Shown here in pieces: positions 39,050 to 48,668 of a DNA stretch of 64,000 nt. The stretch is taken from assembly GCA_038210005.1 (NCBI GenBank), contig JBBQXC010000002.1, forward strand, positions 24,911-88,910, written 5' to 3'. The position numbers and the translations under genes were made by a program. The stretch comes from Gemmatimonadales bacterium. GTDB taxonomy: Bacteria > Gemmatimonadota > Gemmatimonadetes > Gemmatimonadales > Gemmatimonadaceae. Position 1 is the first letter of the stretch, and each line of letters starts with the position of its first letter. The notes beneath the pieces were generated by a model. That model was not told where the DNA came from and did no database searches. It worked only from the letters and a program-made list of their open reading frames with translations.

Positions 39050-39122
39050 GGGGCGTTAGCTCAGCTGGGAGAGCGCGCGCTTTGCAAGCGTGAGGTCATC
39101 GGTTCGATCCCGATACGCTCCA
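39050..39122 (+). tRNA. tRNA-Ala (anticodon UGC)
   Basis: I folded the cloverleaf by hand: acceptor GGGGCGT / ACGCTCC with the G3:U70 alanine identity pair, D arm GCTC/GAGC, anticodon stem CGCGC/GCGTG with loop TTTGCAA, T arm ATCGG-TTCGATC-CCGAT, discriminator A. The 3' CCA is not encoded. Confidence 0.9.
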
Positions 39123-39154
39123 CTCCGAAATGTTCTGACGCAGTGATACGAAGC

Positions 39155-39180
39155 GGGGGCGGCCAGTTTTGGCCGCCCCC
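39155..39180. terminator. Strong GC hairpin between tRNA-Ala and the convergent S51 peptidase gene
   Basis: gggggcggcca-gttt-tggccgccccc, an 11-bp stem. Confidence 0.5.
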
Positions 39181-39217
39181 GCGTTGCTCTCCCCTCATCG
39201 CGAGTGGTCCACGCGCC

Positions 39218-40282
39218 TCAGTAGATCGCGCCGATACTCGACGACAGCACGCCGGACGTCGCACTGAGCACATACGGTGTCGACGTGGCCGTCGACCAGG
39301 TCGGGAGATTGAACTGCGCGCCCACGGGAACGCGCACCGTGGCAACCGGTGAGTAGCTCAGTGGTGTATTGGCCGCGCATACCCGGGTCACGCTGTTGGT
39401 GACGCTCAAAAAGTAGGCACCGTTGCCCGCGCCGAATACCGTTGCCGTACCGTTCGGCAGCACCGCCACGGCGGACTTTTCGTCCACACCGATACCCCGG
39501 GGTGCCGCTGCGCGTCCATCCTGCTGGAGGCGAGCCAGGAACGTCACCAGTCGCCCCATTCGATCGCGCACCACGAAGTGCGAATCGGTGATCAGGTTCT
39601 GAAGCATCGGCACATTGAACAGCGCATCGGTAATCGTGACCGACGCGTCGTGCGGATTCGCGAGGACGACCGCCGACGTAGACGACACGTTGAAGGCGGC
39701 ATATACGAATGGACTCAGCACCGCTAAACCCGCGCTCGTGCCGCCGATCGGATAGCCCGCCGCAACGCGCGCATTCACTGCGGTCTGCAGCCCCGTGCCC
39801 GTCCACAGATTCACGTACGTGGACTGATCACCGCCGGCGATGAACACCACCTCTGCTTTCGCGATCGTGTTCTTCACATAGTCGCTGTTCGCGCCTGCTG
39901 TGGTCGAAATCACGATGCTCGTCACGGAGTTGGCGCCGAGGTTCATGAGGAAGGCGTTGTAGCCATTCGTGCCGCTCGTGCGCAGTACGACTACGTCGCC
40001 GTACGCGCCGGCACTTCGCGCGCCGCCCTGCGCCAGCAGCCACTGCATCCCGGCGTCGCTGTCCGTGCCACCACCGGCGAGGAGCGCGCCGCCCAGCGGC
40101 AGGGTCTGTACATCAATCGTGTTGCCGGATACGTATGTCGTGTAGCCGGGATCGATCTGCACGCCAACGACCACGGGAGCCGTGGGAGAGCTCGATCGGT
40201 TGCTGCACGAGGCCAACGCGAAGCAGAGCAGAAGGGCGGAGCACGAACGGGTCGTCATGAGGGGCGAGGCAGAGGACGGCAT
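39218..40282 (-). CDS. Secreted S51-family peptidase, cyanophycinase-like lipoprotein
   Basis: Lipoprotein signal LLLCFALASC. S51 motifs VVFIAGGDQS and GGTSAGLAV (catalytic Ser). 354 aa. Confidence 0.7.
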   Translation of the reverse strand: MPSSASPLMTTRSCSALLLCFALASCSNRSSSPTAPVVVGVQIDPGYTTYVSGNTIDVQTLPLGGALLAGGGTDSDAGMQWLLAQGGARSAGAYGDVVVLRTSGTNGYNAFLMNLGANSVTSIVISTTAGANSDYVKNTIAKAEVVFIAGGDQSTYVNLWTGTGLQTAVNARVAAGYPIGGTSAGLAVLSPFVYAAFNVSSTSAVVLANPHDASVTITDALFNVPMLQNLITDSHFVVRDRMGRLVTFLARLQQDGRAAAPRGIGVDEKSAVAVLPNGTATVFGAGNGAYFLSVTNSVTRVCAANTPLSYSPVATVRVPVGAQFNLPTWSTATSTPYVLSATSGVLSSSIGAIY

Positions 40283-40508
40283 TCAGACCAACGCGCAGAT
40301 CCTGACAATATACGAGAATCCAGGCGTCGCACGATGATCGCGAAGCGCGGGGGTGACCGGAGTGCGTCGCCCGTATGGAGGCGCGATGGCGATGGCGCGA
40401 CGGGCGGCGGCATCGTCGCGCTCGGCTGGCGAATCGCTGCGCACCACGCGTTATTTATCCCACAATATGTAGGGCGGCGTTTCTCTCAAGTCTCGACTGA
40501 CCGCGACG

Positions 40509-41036
40509 ATGATCTGGCTCTTTATTGCGGCCTTTGCATTCGGGTCCGGCCTGCTGGCGATGAGCACCCTCGGCGGGGGCGACGGCGATGGCGATCTGAC
40601 CCATGGTTCCGCACACGACGTCGGTCTGCTGGCCGTCTTCTCGCTGCGCAATCTGACTTGGGCCACCCTCGCCTTCGGAGGGATCGGCGTGCTGGCGGTG
40701 CTCACACAACGCTCGGTCGCCACGACGCTGACCGCATCGATCAGTGCGGGCGTCGTGACACTGATCGGCGTGCACATGATCTTTCACATACTCCGGCGCA
40801 GTGAGGCGGGCGATTTGCCGTCCGACGCGCAAGTGTTCGGCGTCGACGCTCAGCTCGTACTGCCGTTCAACGTGGATGGCCTCGGGCTCATCGCGTTCCG
40901 CGCCAACGGGCAGCTGCACGAACTGCCCGCTCGGCGCGCCCGTGAAGTCGCGGCGCTCGACAGCAGCCACTTCGTCACGTGTCGGGTCGAAGGCATCGAG
41001 AACGGCATCGCCATCGTGCACCCCTCGTCGCACTGA
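40509..41036 (+). CDS. NfeD-family membrane protein (partner of the SPFH/flotillin protein)
   Basis: Two N-terminal TM helices and a C-terminal OB-fold-like region. It sits immediately upstream of the flotillin-like gene. Confidence 0.6.
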   Translation: MIWLFIAAFAFGSGLLAMSTLGGGDGDGDLTHGSAHDVGLLAVFSLRNLTWATLAFGGIGVLAVLTQRSVATTLTASISAGVVTLIGVHMIFHILRRSEAGDLPSDAQVFGVDAQLVLPFNVDGLGLIAFRANGQLHELPARRAREVAALDSSHFVTCRVEGIENGIAIVHPSSH

Positions 41037-41081
41037 CCATCGTGCACGTCGATCTCTATCACTGACCATTGGAGTACACAC

Positions 41082-42437
41082 ATGGATGCGCTCTTGAAGG
41101 ACGGTTTCGGTACAGCGCTCTTCTCACTGGGCGGCGTCGCGTTCCTGCTCCTCTTGGTGTTCTTGTTGATCTTCACCACCAAACAGCTGCTCATCATCGT
41201 GCCGCCGAACATGGTCGCGGTTATCACGGGACGGAAGCGCATGTTGTCCGACGGCACCTCGGTTGGTTATCGCGTCGTGCGCGGCGGGCGGACCTTCCTC
41301 ATCCCCGTGCTCGAGCGCGCGCAATGGATGCAGCTCAACACGATTCCGCTCACGATCAGCGTGCGCAACGCGATCGCGCGCGGGGGCATTCCGATCGACG
41401 TGCAGGCGGTGGCAAACGTCAAGATTGCCTCGATGCCGGAAGAGGTATTCAACAATGCCGTCGAACGCATCCTCGGCAGTGAAAAGCAGGTCGCCGATCT
41501 CGCGCAGGAGACCCTTGCCGCGAACTTGCGTGGTGTGCTCTCCACGCTCACGCCCGAAGAGGCCAACGAAGATCGTGTGAAGTTCGAGGCGGAGCTCATG
41601 AAGGAGGTCACCCGGGACCTTCAGAAGCTCGGCCTCCAACTCGACATGCTCAAGATTCAGAACATCAGTGACGATGCCGGCTATCTGCGCGCGTACGGAC
41701 GCATTCGGACCGCGGAGGTGTTGCGTGACGCGCAGATCGCCGAAGCGCGCACGAAGGCGGAAACGGAACGGGAGCAGGCGATCTCGACCCAAGGAGCCGA
41801 TGTCGCTCGCGCACAGGCACAGATGATGGTTGCCGCCGCGCAGAACGAATTGCGCGTCAAGCAGGCCGATCTCGATCGCGCCGCCCAGATCGCCGAGCGC
41901 ACCGCACGCGCGGCCGCCGACGAGGCGCAGGCTCGCGCCGAGAAGGCCGTCGAAGAGGCGCGCGTTGAAGTCACGCGCGTGCGTTTGCAGGTGGAGCAGG
42001 TCGAGCCCGCGCGGGCACGTGCCGAGGCTGCACGCGCTGACGCCGAGGCGGCTGCTGCGCCGATCATCGCACAGGGTGAGGCGCAGGCCAAGGCCCTGCG
42101 CGCGGTGCAGGAACAGATCATGGCGGCTGGCGACCGCGGACTCTCCCTGCTGTATCTCCAGCAGCTGCCCGACATGATCGATCGGCTCGCGGCGGCGGCA
42201 GCGGATATCAAGATCGATCGACTCGTCGTGCTGGACAGCGGCGACGGACAGGGGGCTGCCAACGCGACGCAGCAAAAGCTGGGCGTCATGATGCGCCTCC
42301 TTGAAGCGGCCGCCGCGCAATACGGCGTCGAACCGGACTCCCTGTTACAGGGGCTCGCCAGCCGATTCGGTGGTGCCGCGTCAGACCGCGCCGCGACGGA
42401 AATCGTTCCGCCCGTGAAGCCGAGCAGCCCGAAGTAG
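41082..42437 (+). CDS. Flotillin-like SPFH (band 7) domain protein
   Basis: N-terminal TM helix, an SPFH domain, and a long Ala/Glu/Arg-rich coiled-coil. Confidence 0.8.
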   Translation: MDALLKDGFGTALFSLGGVAFLLLLVFLLIFTTKQLLIIVPPNMVAVITGRKRMLSDGTSVGYRVVRGGRTFLIPVLERAQWMQLNTIPLTISVRNAIARGGIPIDVQAVANVKIASMPEEVFNNAVERILGSEKQVADLAQETLAANLRGVLSTLTPEEANEDRVKFEAELMKEVTRDLQKLGLQLDMLKIQNISDDAGYLRAYGRIRTAEVLRDAQIAEARTKAETEREQAISTQGADVARAQAQMMVAAAQNELRVKQADLDRAAQIAERTARAAADEAQARAEKAVEEARVEVTRVRLQVEQVEPARARAEAARADAEAAAAPIIAQGEAQAKALRAVQEQIMAAGDRGLSLLYLQQLPDMIDRLAAAAADIKIDRLVVLDSGDGQGAANATQQKLGVMMRLLEAAAAQYGVEPDSLLQGLASRFGGAASDRAATEIVPPVKPSSPK

Positions 42438-42460
42438 CACGTCGCGCCGAGGCGTTGGGC

Positions 42461-44302
42461 CTACGCGCCCAACGCCTCCGGCCGACGGGCGCGCCACGAA
42501 CGGACGTCCGTGATCGGCGCGCATGCGCGCGACGCCAGCAGCGACGCGAATTCCAATGCCGACACGGCCTCGCCGAAGTGACGTCCCTGCTGCTCGAAGC
42601 AATGCAGGCGTGCGAGTCGCTGCGACTGCTCGCCATTCTCTACACCCTCCGCCACCACACCGAGGCCAAGGCCCCGCGCCAGTCGCACCATCGATGACAC
42701 GATGGCCTGGTCGCGCTGATCCAGCAGTAGTTGCGAAACGAATCGGCGGTCGATCTTGATACCGTCCACCGGCGCTTCCCGGAGGAACGTGAGCGACGCA
42801 TGGCCGACGCCGAAGTCGTCAACCACGAGTCGAAGCCCAAGGCCTTTCAGTGCACGGAGCGTCTCCATGATCATGTCGCCGTCGACCATGGTGCTGTTCT
42901 CGGTGACTTCGAGCGTCAGCGCGTCGGGCGGACATCCGGTCTCGTCGAGGATCGCCGCGACACGCTGCTCGAAGCCGTGCTCGCGCAGCTGGACCGCCGA
43001 CAGGTTCACGGACACACGCAGGGCGCCAGCATTCTGATCGCGCCGCCACGCAACGATCGACTCGCACGCCTGCCGCAGCACCTGCTCCCCGATCGGGACG
43101 ATCAAGCCCGTGTCCTCGGCGAGCGCCATGAATACGGACGGTGACAGCAATCCGCGATCGGGGTCGCGCCAGCGAAGTAGTGCCTCCGCCGACACGATCC
43201 GATCGGCCACGACGTCGAGAATCGGCTGATAGAATACCTCGAACTCACCCTGCGATACCGCCGCTCGAAGACGCGACTCTCGGCGGTGTGACACGGAGTC
43301 CGCACTATCCATGGCGTCGATGTGATTCGTCCCGACCGCCGCCATTCCCGTCACGGGCGTTTTCAGACGTCCGAGCCGCCGCTCGCACTTCTCCCGATAC
43401 ATGTCCGAGTCGGCAGCGTCCAGCAGGTCCTTCGCGCAGGCACCATCGAGCGGCGACATGGCGCTGCCGATACTTGCCTCGACGACGAGCCCCTCCTCGC
43501 CTTTGAGCTCCACGGCCTCGCGCAGCGACTCGAGGATGGTGTCCTTCACGTACGACACGTCACGACGACTCGTCACATCAGGCAGCAAGATGACGAATTC
43601 GTCACCGCCCAAACGCGCGACGGCATCGGAGCGCCGCACGCAGGCCAGCAGACGCGCCGAGACGGCTTTCAGCAAGGCATCGCCTTTGGCATGCCCCTTC
43701 GTGTCGTTGATCGCTTTGAATCCATCCAGATCGACGAAGAGCAAACCCGTTTTGCGGTTGTAGCGCGAACCGAAGGCGAGCGCACGGTCAAGCTGATCGA
43801 GAAAGAGCGCGCGGTTCGCGAGGCCGGTCAGCGGATCATGAGTCGCCCGATGGGCCGCGTCCACGCGAGCGGCCTCGAGCGTCGCAAGTCGCCGCTGCCG
43901 TTCAATCGCAAAACCGAGCATGCGCGCCAGCGCGTTGGAAGCCACGTCGCCTTTCGAAAGACACTCATGCGCACCGGCACGGAGCGCCCGGATGGCTGTC
44001 GCATCGTCGAGGTCGCGAGCGTACACCACGACGGGCACCGACGGTGCCGCGCCGCGAACGCCGGCTAACGTCGCGATACCACTCGAATCTTCAACGGCAA
44101 GCTCGACCACGACCGCGTCGAAAACGGTCTCCATGAGCTCGCGGATCGACTGAGCAAGCGATCGTGCGCGTACGACATGCACGCGGTCACCGAGCCGCTC
44201 TCGGAGGCCAGCCTCGGAACGGCCGGCCTCCTGCTCGTCGCTGTCGATCAGCAGGACGCGCAGGACACCGTCGGTGACTACCCTTGTCTGATGATCCATC
44301 AC
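42461..44302 (-). CDS. Response-regulator receiver plus GGDEF plus EAL protein (c-di-GMP turnover)
   Basis: REC domain with a conserved Asp, a GGDEF motif (RLGGDEF), and EAL-domain motifs (EVTE, DDFGVG, ...KIDR). Confidence 0.85.
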   Translation of the reverse strand: MMDHQTRVVTDGVLRVLLIDSDEQEAGRSEAGLRERLGDRVHVVRARSLAQSIRELMETVFDAVVVELAVEDSSGIATLAGVRGAAPSVPVVVYARDLDDATAIRALRAGAHECLSKGDVASNALARMLGFAIERQRRLATLEAARVDAAHRATHDPLTGLANRALFLDQLDRALAFGSRYNRKTGLLFVDLDGFKAINDTKGHAKGDALLKAVSARLLACVRRSDAVARLGGDEFVILLPDVTSRRDVSYVKDTILESLREAVELKGEEGLVVEASIGSAMSPLDGACAKDLLDAADSDMYREKCERRLGRLKTPVTGMAAVGTNHIDAMDSADSVSHRRESRLRAAVSQGEFEVFYQPILDVVADRIVSAEALLRWRDPDRGLLSPSVFMALAEDTGLIVPIGEQVLRQACESIVAWRRDQNAGALRVSVNLSAVQLREHGFEQRVAAILDETGCPPDALTLEVTENSTMVDGDMIMETLRALKGLGLRLVVDDFGVGHASLTFLREAPVDGIKIDRRFVSQLLLDQRDQAIVSSMVRLARGLGLGVVAEGVENGEQSQRLARLHCFEQQGRHFGEAVSALEFASLLASRACAPITDVRSWRARRPEALGA

Positions 44303-44457
44303 CGATCCCTCACGGCGTTCGGGTCAGGGAACTCGTGGGCTGGGCGCCCGTTCATCTCAACAATATTGGCGTTCTCCACATTCGCCAGTAGGGGAAACAC
44401 TTGTGACCTGACTGGTGCCGCCGCTGTGCCGTTCCGCCTCTCTTCATCTTCTATCAC

Positions 44458-44943
44458 GTGTTCATCATGTCCACGACCGTCGCACCGCTACACGCCGACA
44501 CTGAAGCCCCCGAATTCACTTTGAGCTCGACGTCAGGCGAGTCCGTGACGCTTTCCGGGTTCCGCGGACAAAAAAACGTGCTGCTCGCCTTCTTCCCGCT
44601 GGCGTTCACGAGCGTCTGTACAAGCGAATTGTGTGCCTTCAGCGAAGATTTCGACGAGTTTTCCGCTGCTGATGTGCAAGTTCTTCCCATATCAGTAGAT
44701 GCGGTGCCTTCCCTCAAGGAGTTTCGCAGCAAGCACGACATGAAAGTGGAGCTACTCTCGGACTTCAAGCGCGAAGCGTCAACTGCCTTTGGCGTTCTGC
44801 GACCGGATGCGTTCTTCTCGAATCGCGCCTACTTCTTGATCGACAAGACGGGGATGATTCGGTGGTCCTACGTCGAACCGACCCCAGGTACGAAGCGTGA
44901 GAACGCTGAAATTCTCGACGCCATCCGCGCGATCGCCCTCTAG
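44458..44943 (+). CDS. Peroxiredoxin (AhpC/TSA family, Bcp/AhpE-like)
   Basis: [15 protein letters not shown] contains the peroxidatic Cys in a T/SxxC context. The likely start is the ATG at 44467. Confidence 0.8.
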   Translation: MFIMSTTVAPLHADTEAPEFTLSSTSGESVTLSGFRGQKNVLLAFFPLAFTSVCTSELCAFSEDFDEFSAADVQVLPISVDAVPSLKEFRSKHDMKVELLSDFKREASTAFGVLRPDAFFSNRAYFLIDKTGMIRWSYVEPTPGTKRENAEILDAIRAIAL

Positions 44944-44970
44944 GGCACGCTCAGGTGCGGTTTCGCCCCT

Positions 44971-46536
44971 GTGGACACGTTCGTTCGGTCAGCTTGTCCG
45001 ATCGTTGACCGCGGTCTAGCTTGCAGGGGTGATCCCGCTCCCCACCTTACCCTGATGGATGCCGTGGCCATGCCGACCCTCCCAGAGGTGCTCGGCCTCA
45101 TGGCGTGCGCGCCCGACGTAACTCACGGCGTGACGTCCGTGTTCGAGCGCCTCGGCCCGTCTTTCGATGCCGCCCGCTTGGCGTTGGAGTACGCCGATGG
45201 CTCGAAGTCGCCCATTGTGTGGCGCGACCCGGCCAGCGTTCGCGCCACGCTACCGACCACCCCGGGACAGATTCCGGTCGCGGCCGCCACCGGCGTGCTG
45301 GCGACCCTCGTGGTGCACCGCGAGCAGCCATTCAGTCCGACCGACCAGCAGCGACTGGCCGCCGTCGCCGACGCCTTCGCGATCGCGCTCGCCCGTGATG
45401 CACAGCTCGAGGATCTCCAACGGGAACTCACGGCGAGGGTCCAGGAAGTCGCCCATCAGCGCGCGTTTATCGAGTGTGTCGTCGACTCGCTCCCAGACGG
45501 ACTGCACGTGGTGGATCGCGATTACCGCATTCACGCGTGGAACCACAAGCGTGAGACGGGTCTGCAGGGGGTGGCCCGTACCGATGCGATCGGTCGCACG
45601 ATCTTCGAAGTGTTGCATCGCCAGCCTGCCGCGCTGCTGAAACGGGAATTCGATGAGGTCTTCGCCTCGGGCCGACTCCAGCAGTTTCAGATGGAGAGCC
45701 ATGCCTTTGGTGAACCCCGCACGTTCCGGATTTCCAAGATCCCGATGCGGATGGGCGGCGGCCCCGTCACCCATGTCATCACCATCGGGGAAGACATTAC
45801 GGACTGGAAGGCCGCGCTCGACCGCACAGCACAGTCGGAGAAGCTGGCGGCGCTTGGTCAACTGGCCGCCGGTGTGATGCACGAGATCAACAACCCGCTT
45901 GCCACGATCGCCGCCTGCGCCGAGTCGATGGGACTCCAACAGGAACTCGGTGCGCCGACCATGCCTCCCACGGAGTTGTTGCGCATCATCGATCTCGAGG
46001 TCCAGCGCTGCAAGAAAATCGTGAACGGACTGCTCGACTTTGCCCGGCCGAAGCCGGCGCACCGCGAACGCTTCGATCTCGACGAGGTCGTGCAGCAGTC
46101 GCTGTTCCTGTTACAGCATCATCCGCGCTTCAAGCGGGTCAAGCTCGTGATGGAGCTGGAGGGGAACGCGCACGCCATGGTGCATGGCGACGCCGATCAG
46201 TTGGTGCAGGTCCTCATCGCGCTCGCCATGAATGCCTTGGACGCGACCCCCGAAGGCAGTCGCGTCATGATCCGCACTTCGTCGACCTGCGGCGACGACG
46301 GTCGGCGGCTGGTGGTGCTCGAGGTTGAAGACGAAGGGCCGGGCATCCCGCGCGCGCTACAGGCGAAAGTATTCGAACCCTTTTTTACCACCAAGCCGCC
46401 GGGGCAGGGCACCGGGCTGGGACTGGCGATCTGCTATGGCATCGTGAACGATCACGGCGGGCAACTGGAACTCGTCTCGCCTGAAGGCACGGGCGCGGTG
46501 TTCCGTGTGTCGCTGCCGGCCGGCACTCCGCAGTGA
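44971..46536 (+). CDS. Sensor histidine kinase with an N-terminal sensory (PAS/GAF-like) region
   Basis: HisKA H-box MHEINNPLATI. HATPase_c motifs in the C-terminus (GxGxG: GQGTGLGL). The start is uncertain (44971 or 45055). Confidence 0.8.
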   Translation: MDTFVRSACPIVDRGLACRGDPAPHLTLMDAVAMPTLPEVLGLMACAPDVTHGVTSVFERLGPSFDAARLALEYADGSKSPIVWRDPASVRATLPTTPGQIPVAAATGVLATLVVHREQPFSPTDQQRLAAVADAFAIALARDAQLEDLQRELTARVQEVAHQRAFIECVVDSLPDGLHVVDRDYRIHAWNHKRETGLQGVARTDAIGRTIFEVLHRQPAALLKREFDEVFASGRLQQFQMESHAFGEPRTFRISKIPMRMGGGPVTHVITIGEDITDWKAALDRTAQSEKLAALGQLAAGVMHEINNPLATIAACAESMGLQQELGAPTMPPTELLRIIDLEVQRCKKIVNGLLDFARPKPAHRERFDLDEVVQQSLFLLQHHPRFKRVKLVMELEGNAHAMVHGDADQLVQVLIALAMNALDATPEGSRVMIRTSSTCGDDGRRLVVLEVEDEGPGIPRALQAKVFEPFFTTKPPGQGTGLGLAICYGIVNDHGGQLELVSPEGTGAVFRVSLPAGTPQ

Positions 46537-47993
46537 GCGCCGCGCCGTTCCGCCCCATCGATCCGGCCTCGCCGATCCGCGTGCTGATCGCGGAGGATGA
46601 GCCGAATCTCGGCATGATTCTCGAACAATTCATGAGCGCGCGCGGCTTCGCCGTGACGATCGTTCGTGATGGGCGCGCGGCACTCGAGACACTGCGCGCC
46701 GACAGCTTCGACGTGGCCCTGCTGGACGTCGTCATGCCGGAAGTCGACGGACTGGAGGTACTGCGGCAAATCCGGGAAGAGCCGATGCCGCCGGAAATCA
46801 TCGTCATCACCGGCAATGGGACGATCGAAACAGCGATCGCCGCGCTCAAGCTTGGCGCGTACGATTTTCTGTCGAAGCCGTATCGCATGGCCGAGATCGA
46901 GGTGCTGGTGAAGCGCGCCTGGGAGAAGCGTATGCTCGCCCGCGAGAATCTTCATCTGCAGTCGCGCCTGCGGCGAACCACGGTGGATCCCCAGTTTCTC
47001 ACGCAGTTCGCGCCGCTGCGGGCGGTCCTGTCGTTGATCGATCGCGTTGCGCCGAGTGCGTCGACGGTGCTGATCACCGGCGAGTCGGGCACCGGTAAGG
47101 ATCTGGTTGCCCGTGTGCTGCACGCGCGCGGCGACCATCCCGACGGACCGTTCGTGGATCTCAATTGCGCCGCATTGGCCGAGTCGCTGCTGGAGACGGA
47201 ACTCTTCGGTGTCGAGAAGGGCGCCTTCCCGGGCGCCGACCAGCGCAAGGTCGGGCTCATCGAACTGGCCGCGGGCGGTACGTTGTATCTCGACAACGTC
47301 GGAGAGCTCGATCTCAAATTGCAGGCGAAGCTGCTGCGTGCCTTGGAGACTGGCAGTTTCTATCGGGTGGGCGGCACACAGAAGGTGCAAGGCAACGTGC
47401 GCGTGATCGCGTCGACCACCCGCGACCTCTCGCGGATGGTGCACGCTGGGACCTTTCGCGACGACTTCCTCCACCGCATCAACACGATTCGCATCGCGCT
47501 GCCTGGCCTTCGTGAGCGCACGGTGGACGTGCCGCTCCTCGCTGCGCATTTCCTTTCATACTTCGGTGAGCAGTTCGGGCAGCGCACCTTGCAGCTCAGC
47601 GCGGACGCCACGATGGTGCTCGAGCGGTATCGCTGGCCCGGCAACGTGCGCGAACTGCGAAACGTGATGGAGCGCGCCGCCCTGCTGGCCACCGATGGCA
47701 TCGTGAGCGCACTCGATCTGCCATTGGGCGTGGATGTCGGCGGCGCGGCACGGCCCACGCCGGTCGTGCCGATGGAGCCGGTCCGCGAGTCGGGCATCCC
47801 GTCTGTGGAGCCGGTGTCGATGTCGGAGCTCACGCTCGAGGAACTCGAACGGCGTCATATTGCCGGGGTCCTTGAGCACACGAACTGGCATCAGGGGCGG
47901 GCAGCGGACATGCTGGGCATCTCGCCGAAGACGCTCTATCGCAAGATTCGCGAGTTTGGCTTCAAGCGCCCGTCGGGCGGAGCACGCCCATGA
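46533..47993 (+). CDS. Sigma-54-dependent response regulator (NtrC family: REC, AAA+ and HTH domains)
   Basis: REC domain, Walker A GESGTGKD, a sigma54-interaction domain, and a C-terminal Fis-type HTH. The GAFTGA loop reads GAFPGA. Its start overlaps the kinase stop (ATGA). Confidence 0.85.
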   Translation: MSAAPFRPIDPASPIRVLIAEDEPNLGMILEQFMSARGFAVTIVRDGRAALETLRADSFDVALLDVVMPEVDGLEVLRQIREEPMPPEIIVITGNGTIETAIAALKLGAYDFLSKPYRMAEIEVLVKRAWEKRMLARENLHLQSRLRRTTVDPQFLTQFAPLRAVLSLIDRVAPSASTVLITGESGTGKDLVARVLHARGDHPDGPFVDLNCAALAESLLETELFGVEKGAFPGADQRKVGLIELAAGGTLYLDNVGELDLKLQAKLLRALETGSFYRVGGTQKVQGNVRVIASTTRDLSRMVHAGTFRDDFLHRINTIRIALPGLRERTVDVPLLAAHFLSYFGEQFGQRTLQLSADATMVLERYRWPGNVRELRNVMERAALLATDGIVSALDLPLGVDVGGAARPTPVVPMEPVRESGIPSVEPVSMSELTLEELERRHIAGVLEHTNWHQGRAADMLGISPKTLYRKIREFGFKRPSGGARP

Positions 47994-48658
47994 AAATTCT
48001 CGTGATCGAAGACGATCCCACGGTCGGCGAATTCGTGCGACGTGGACTCGAGGAGCAGCGGTGGCAGGCTGACCTCGTGAACAACGGGCTCGAAGGCGAG
48101 CGGATGGCGTTGTCCCAGCCGTACGATCTGGTCATTCTCGACATGCGACTGCCGGGGCGGAACGGACTCGATGTGCTGCGGACCCTGCGCTCGCGGGGAT
48201 TCGAACGCCCCGTGCTCGTCCTCACCGCGCAGGATGCGGTCGACGCGAAAGTCGAGACGCTGCGGGCGGGGGCCGACGACTACGTCACCAAGCCCTTCGC
48301 CTTCGAAGAGCTGTTGGCGCGCGTGGAGGCCTTGTTGCGCCGTCCGCGCGCGATCGTGTCGCCGCTCTTGAGCGTGGCCGATCTCGAACTCGATCAAGGC
48401 ACGCGCGACGTCCGGCGTGGCGAGGAGTCGATCGAGCTGACGCCGAAGGAGTTCGCGGTACTCGAGTATCTCATGCGGCACGCCGGACGGGTCATGAGCC
48501 GCACGCTCATCACCGAGTATGCGTGGGGCTATCATTTCGATCCCGGTACCAACATCGTCGATGTGGTGATCAATCATCTGCGCAAGAAGATCGATGCCAA
48601 GTTCGAGAAGAAGCTGATCACCACGGTGCGTGGCGTCGGCTACATGATCCGCGGGTAG
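47990..48658 (+). CDS. OmpR/PhoB-family response regulator
   Basis: REC domain plus a winged-helix trans_reg_C domain (RVEALLRR...TVRGVGYMI). ATGA overlap with the upstream gene. Confidence 0.9.
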   Translation: MKILVIEDDPTVGEFVRRGLEEQRWQADLVNNGLEGERMALSQPYDLVILDMRLPGRNGLDVLRTLRSRGFERPVLVLTAQDAVDAKVETLRAGADDYVTKPFAFEELLARVEALLRRPRAIVSPLLSVADLELDQGTRDVRRGEESIELTPKEFAVLEYLMRHAGRVMSRTLITEYAWGYHFDPGTNIVDVVINHLRKKIDAKFEKKLITTVRGVGYMIRG

Positions 48659-48668
48659 CGGAGCGCGC

